NCBI RefSeq assembly: GCF_964355755.1
Contig: NC_092676.1
Coordinates: 28,786,871 to 28,850,870, forward strand
Direction: 5' to 3'
DNA from: Antedon mediterranea
Taxonomy: Eukaryota; Animalia; Echinodermata
DNA: 64,000 bases
The notes below the pieces were generated by a model. It worked only from the letters and a program-made list of their open reading frames with translations, did no database searches and was not told the DNA's origin. The position numbers and the translations under genes were made by a program. This document shows positions 59,278 to 64,000 of this stretch, piece after piece (position 1 is the first letter of the stretch; the number at the start of each line of letters is the position of its first letter).

Positions 59278-62200
59278 AGGTAGGCGCGGCCTACGTGAAA
59301 ATCTTTATCTTACGGTGTGAAAAGTTTATTCTCATAATTATATATACTGTATAGGTTTAGTTTGTGTAATTTTCAACGGTAATTATTTTTTCTTCTAACC
59401 GTCTGTCAATCAACGGTTAATAAGATTTTCAATCAATTCGTAATAGCTAAAATATTGTGACTAACTTTGTTATTTTGCTTTCTTGAAATTAAAACTTCGA
59501 CAACACTTCGTTCTTCTGATAAGCAAGTTGAATTGATATTCTTAAAATAGTTATACCAAAACCCATGAGACATATTGATCATATTTTCAAGTAAAACTAA
59601 TTTGTCTGGGTATGTAAAACTAATGAAAAAATGATATATGTCTAAACATATATCATATTTACCATTTGTGGTAAACAAAGGTATAGCACAAAATGAATAC
59701 GTCTTCACAAAATATATACGTACCTCTATGAAATAGAAACTTGTATATGTATATGGCGCAATAATTATTGTTACATGCATGTAGGCCTCTTAAATTATTA
59801 TTTCCTAATAAAACAGTAAAAAGTCTCAAATAGAATTAAATTAATTTTTAAGAATTTTGCCATCTAGCAAATGAACTACTCACTCATTATGTGCGAGCGC
59901 GCGCAAAAATAAACACGCACCAATTAATCTAGTAGAGGTACATTAACGTGTTTCATTGGGTAAAAACAGGCCAATTACGTCTCTCTCTAAACAATGACAA
60001 ATGTCTCTTTTGTCGAGAAATAAGGAACCTAAAGTCCGCAATGTCTCCTCGCGCGCGATAAGCAACCTATAACAATGTCTATCCCAAAATCGAAAGGTCT
60101 CTAGCACACGGAAACTGAACACACTTCTGCTGAAATTACTTTGAAGTGAACCAGACCTTAGATAAGTCAATCAGCACTTTGTTCAACGTGACAAGAATCA
60201 ATTACGGACCAATAGACAGTTTACTATAGAACGTACCTCTAGAGACTCTGTTCGTATATTAATGCGTTACTAATAGCTAATTAAAAAGATACAGCATCGA
60301 TCTATAGAACGATAAGTTAATATCGTATGACGAAATCTGAAAGAACAACTTACTATAAAACCTTTCAAAGCACGTGTTAAATATGCAAATGAGGAGGTGG
60401 GAGTCTTATCTGATACTTAAGATCCATCTAAGTTTTATTGGTGTCCTTTAAGATCTAACAATCGTTCCAACAACTGGGTTTGGATACAACTATAGGAAAC
60501 AGGATTTGAAGCAACAACCACTGAAGCCTAATACTACCTGTGATAGATTTCGTTTCAATATTGAACAAGCTTAAACACTGCTTCATCAAAGGGTAAGTTT
60601 ACTTTTTACAGAATTGTGATTAACTTTATACTTAGATTTGTATTTTGATGATTTTTCGATGCATACTATGTTTACACATTAAATGTATACGTCGTTAAAT
60701 GAATAAATACAATTACGATACCCATTAAATTACATCGAGAATGAATGAAGCGTTCAATGATAAAATTAAACTAAACTAGTTTAAAATCGAATATGCCTAC
60801 AATCTTCAAAAGAAAAATATTGATGGTTACTTTATAAATTAGATACACATCAGTATGTTAAATGTCTAAGGACCCCAAGATAAGCTAATTCTAGATTAAT
60901 TGAGCGGTTTGAGACTTAGATAAGCACTATAAAGTGAATTAATCATCCTTTATAGTTAAATGCTTTTGTGTATATTTTTAGGTGTGGGACTCGGAAATTA
61001 AAATCATTACACTGAATAATGCAATTTTTGCAATATATAATTAAAATCAGCAAATATGTGAATATTAATTTTTTGACAAAAACAAACATTCTTCCAGAAG
61101 AAAACTAAACTCGTTTTATTAAATCAGTAGGCCTCCTAAAAATGTAGGTTTAAAACTTTTTTTTTAAATCGAGCAGAAGAGCATTAGTTCCCAAATAATC
61201 GATACAAAATAAATATTAATATACAAAACCTCATTAAATTAATTCTTAATTTTGAATTTTCTATTTCTAGGGAATACAATTTAATTGATTAGAATATATA
61301 ATTAATATAGTGAGCGAAATTTACTTCTAATACATGATTTATTATATTATTATAACACATAGAAATCTATATAGTTTTTGTGAGTATTATATTGATCTTA
61401 GTTCCCACCTGGACGCGCAACGCAATGACGTAGACGCAACGCAATGGACTTGATTGCAGTGCGCGCTTACGTCCTCCTTGCGTTGCGTACTACGTGAAGC
61501 TTTAAATGGATTATTCATGGTCAAATGTCTTTTATTATTATTTTGAATTCAAAATGATGGACTAAAGTTTTAAACTAAGTTATTCGAACATTTTACAATC
61601 AAATAAAATTGCTAGATATTATAGTTTGTAGGCTAAAAACAACCCAGCTACATACTGGGTCTTAATTATGAGTGATTATACGTCCTTAAAGTGTTTTCCA
61701 GTTGTATAGATCGATCCTATAATAAGCATGATCGCATTGGTTACGCTAACTTATCTTAATATTGCCCTTGATTATTTCGCGCAATTTATGAGAGGATTCT
61801 GTTTTTGGCGCGAAATCTCCAGAGTCTGGCGAAATACCGAAATTTACGAGAGTGGATATAAAGAAGGATTTTCCCAAACGTATTGCCGGGTTTTTGATGT
61901 TTTCCCTTATTAGTAAGTGTGTCCTCGTAATAATTACATCGTTCGGAGTTTATGATTTGATAGAAATTCATTCCTGAATTTGATCGTCTTCGTTTTCTCT
62001 ACAAGATAAACAATCATTCGTCTTTGATAAGTAATTAAAATTGTAATTCATTTTCCTATTTGTCTATAAATCAAGATCATTTCTATATTTGCAAAGAGAA
62101 CATTCAACTTTTGAATCGCCGGTTCTAGTTGTAAAGAAATGGCGTTTTAGTAGTCCCATGGCCGTCTGCTCAATCATAATTGGGTTCTCTTGCAATAATA

Positions 62201-63246
62201 CATTCTTAATATAAGAAACATTAGTTAATTTTGTTATGACAAAATTGCAAGGATATGTTTTAGTAAGTCTAGAAAAAGATGTATGGAGATATATTACACT
62301 ATTAAGAATTGCCCAAAATAACTACGAGCAAATTTCTGTCGATCCAAAATAATAATAATTTTTAAAAGAAAAAAAAATATTTATATGTAAAGAGAAGTGG
62401 ATGTATGGAAATAAAAGTGGGACGAACCCACGTAATACCAAATCAAAAACAACTTTTACCCATTTTTCCATTTTAGAAATTTTTACATTATAACCGGAGG
62501 TCACTCAGAAAAAATAAGTATGATCTTCCGTAATACATAACAAATCGTGCACGACAAGGATCCACTTACCAGTAGCTTAACTTAAGGATAGTGACCATGA
62601 ATGTACTTATATGTAAAACTGGTTATGTAATGCTACCTGAATGGACTACTGAGCAAAAAACATTAATAGATCTTAATTAATTAGTCTACTTCAAGTCCTA
62701 GAACATAATGTGCTTAAATCAATAATCTTACTCTGACTGCTTATTATTATGTTAGCTTGGTAGTTAAGAACAAAACAAACCATGTTGGTAGCTATCACTG
62801 CATAAGACAAACCACATCAATTAATATAACATAGCTACATCAATTATTAATTTTAACAGCAATTGATCGTTTAGCGATCTCCAGTATTTGATATTTCTAA
62901 ACTTTGTTGATTTTAATATCTCATAGGTTAACTAGCATTACAGTGCTTTAAATTGACTTTAGGTAGCCCTAGGAGGCCCAATATTTCAGATACATATACA
63001 GTATTTCTATCTGTTAAAAAAAGGACCGAAATGTACTGGTTTTAATTACCGGGGTAATAAACACAATGCCGTCAGTGAAGCTATGAAAGAGAAAGAAAAA
63101 AATGGTCCAAAAAATACGCGACCACCGGCAGATATTGTGGCACAATTTAATTACTAATAACCTCTTTCTTGTATTTCTTTAGCGACATTACTCATCTTTA
63201 GCGACATACCGAGTGAATCATCGTATACAGTTGACTTTAGTAAGAT

Positions 63247-63379
63247 ATGGAAACGTTCAGCTTAAATAGACCTTACTCGACAATAGCAGTGTTAATACTG
63301 ACGGTATATATTGCAACAGCATCAACGACAGGCCTAACACACCTTAGGTTAGACAAACGAGGATCCAATGGCCCCAGAG
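63247..63379 (+). CDS. First coding exon of a secreted precursor (signal peptide + dibasic KR site); gene continues beyond the window
   Basis: Acceptor tttag at 63182; METFSLNRPYSTIAVLILTVYIATASTTGLTHLRLDKR-GSNGPR then donor ag|gtaaac. Upstream non-coding exon with donor gtaagt at 60593. Confidence 0.6.
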
Positions 63380-64000
63380 GTAAACTGCTCTCCCTTTTTT
63401 TTGTTAGTAGTTTAAGTCGACTATGGAAGGCAATCGCCGCCAAAATCACAGTAACAAACTTACATTTCTGCGAGACTGCGATTGCCTTCAATAAATAGAC
63501 GACCCAACACAAAACAATCAAATTATAAACCAGGACTAGAGTGAAATGTTAACGTTTCTAAGAGTTTGTGGATTTAGATTCTTTTTTTTTTTTTGGTGGA
63601 AGTGTTTTTCTTCTCTCCAGATAATCCTTTCCTTTTTTCAAAAACAAATTAACCTTTGATAAATCGTTGAGTAATTAGCTTCTAAACAAATTCTTTCATT
63701 ATGCGACTTATTAATAATGTTGTTGTAAAAACATTTCTTCGAACTAGTGATAACCTATGATATTATCATGAGTACGAATGACGCTGAATAGTATTATTGT
63801 ATTAAATTCGGTCAGTGTTGGAAGCAAACGATAATTATAGTTACTTGTGAATTGATATATTCTTCCACTGGGAGTGCGCGCCACAACTCAATAGTTTGCA
63901 TTTGTGACGTTGCTTGTTCATAATGATTGATTTGTGATGTGTGGGATAACAAGAAATACACTAACTACGTTTTTAATTATTTTTTTTTCAAACTAATTTA

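Overview
AT-rich, intron-dense animal genomic DNA; gene content and repeats suggest a marine invertebrate deuterostome, possibly an echinoderm (inference). Splicing by eye gives nine genes: the last exon of a plant-type polyamine oxidase (+), TEX11/ZIP4 (+, ~30 coding exons), a secreted alpha-carbonic anhydrase (-), an Egt2/LCD-like PLP C-S lyase (-) head-to-head with DDB1 (+), M1AP (-), a 4-exon orphan gene (-), ZC3H11A (-), and the first coding exon of a secreted prohormone-like gene (+). Introns carry many MITEs (Harbinger-, Kolobok- and hAT-like), tRNA-derived SINEs, LINE 3' fragments, minisatellites, a 2.5-kb 49/51-bp satellite, and a palindromic foldback array. Highlights: a candidate for the unidentified animal ovothiol/sulfoxide lyase; linkage of the interacting crossover genes TEX11 and M1AP; an apparent frameshift and a GC-AG intron in TEX11; a U12-type intron in DDB1; Penelope-type minimal hammerhead motifs; tandem duplications spanning splice junctions; TAGGCCTA/CTAG clusters marking 5' introns. 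Family calls come from recalled motifs, not database searches, and exon coordinates were read by eye.
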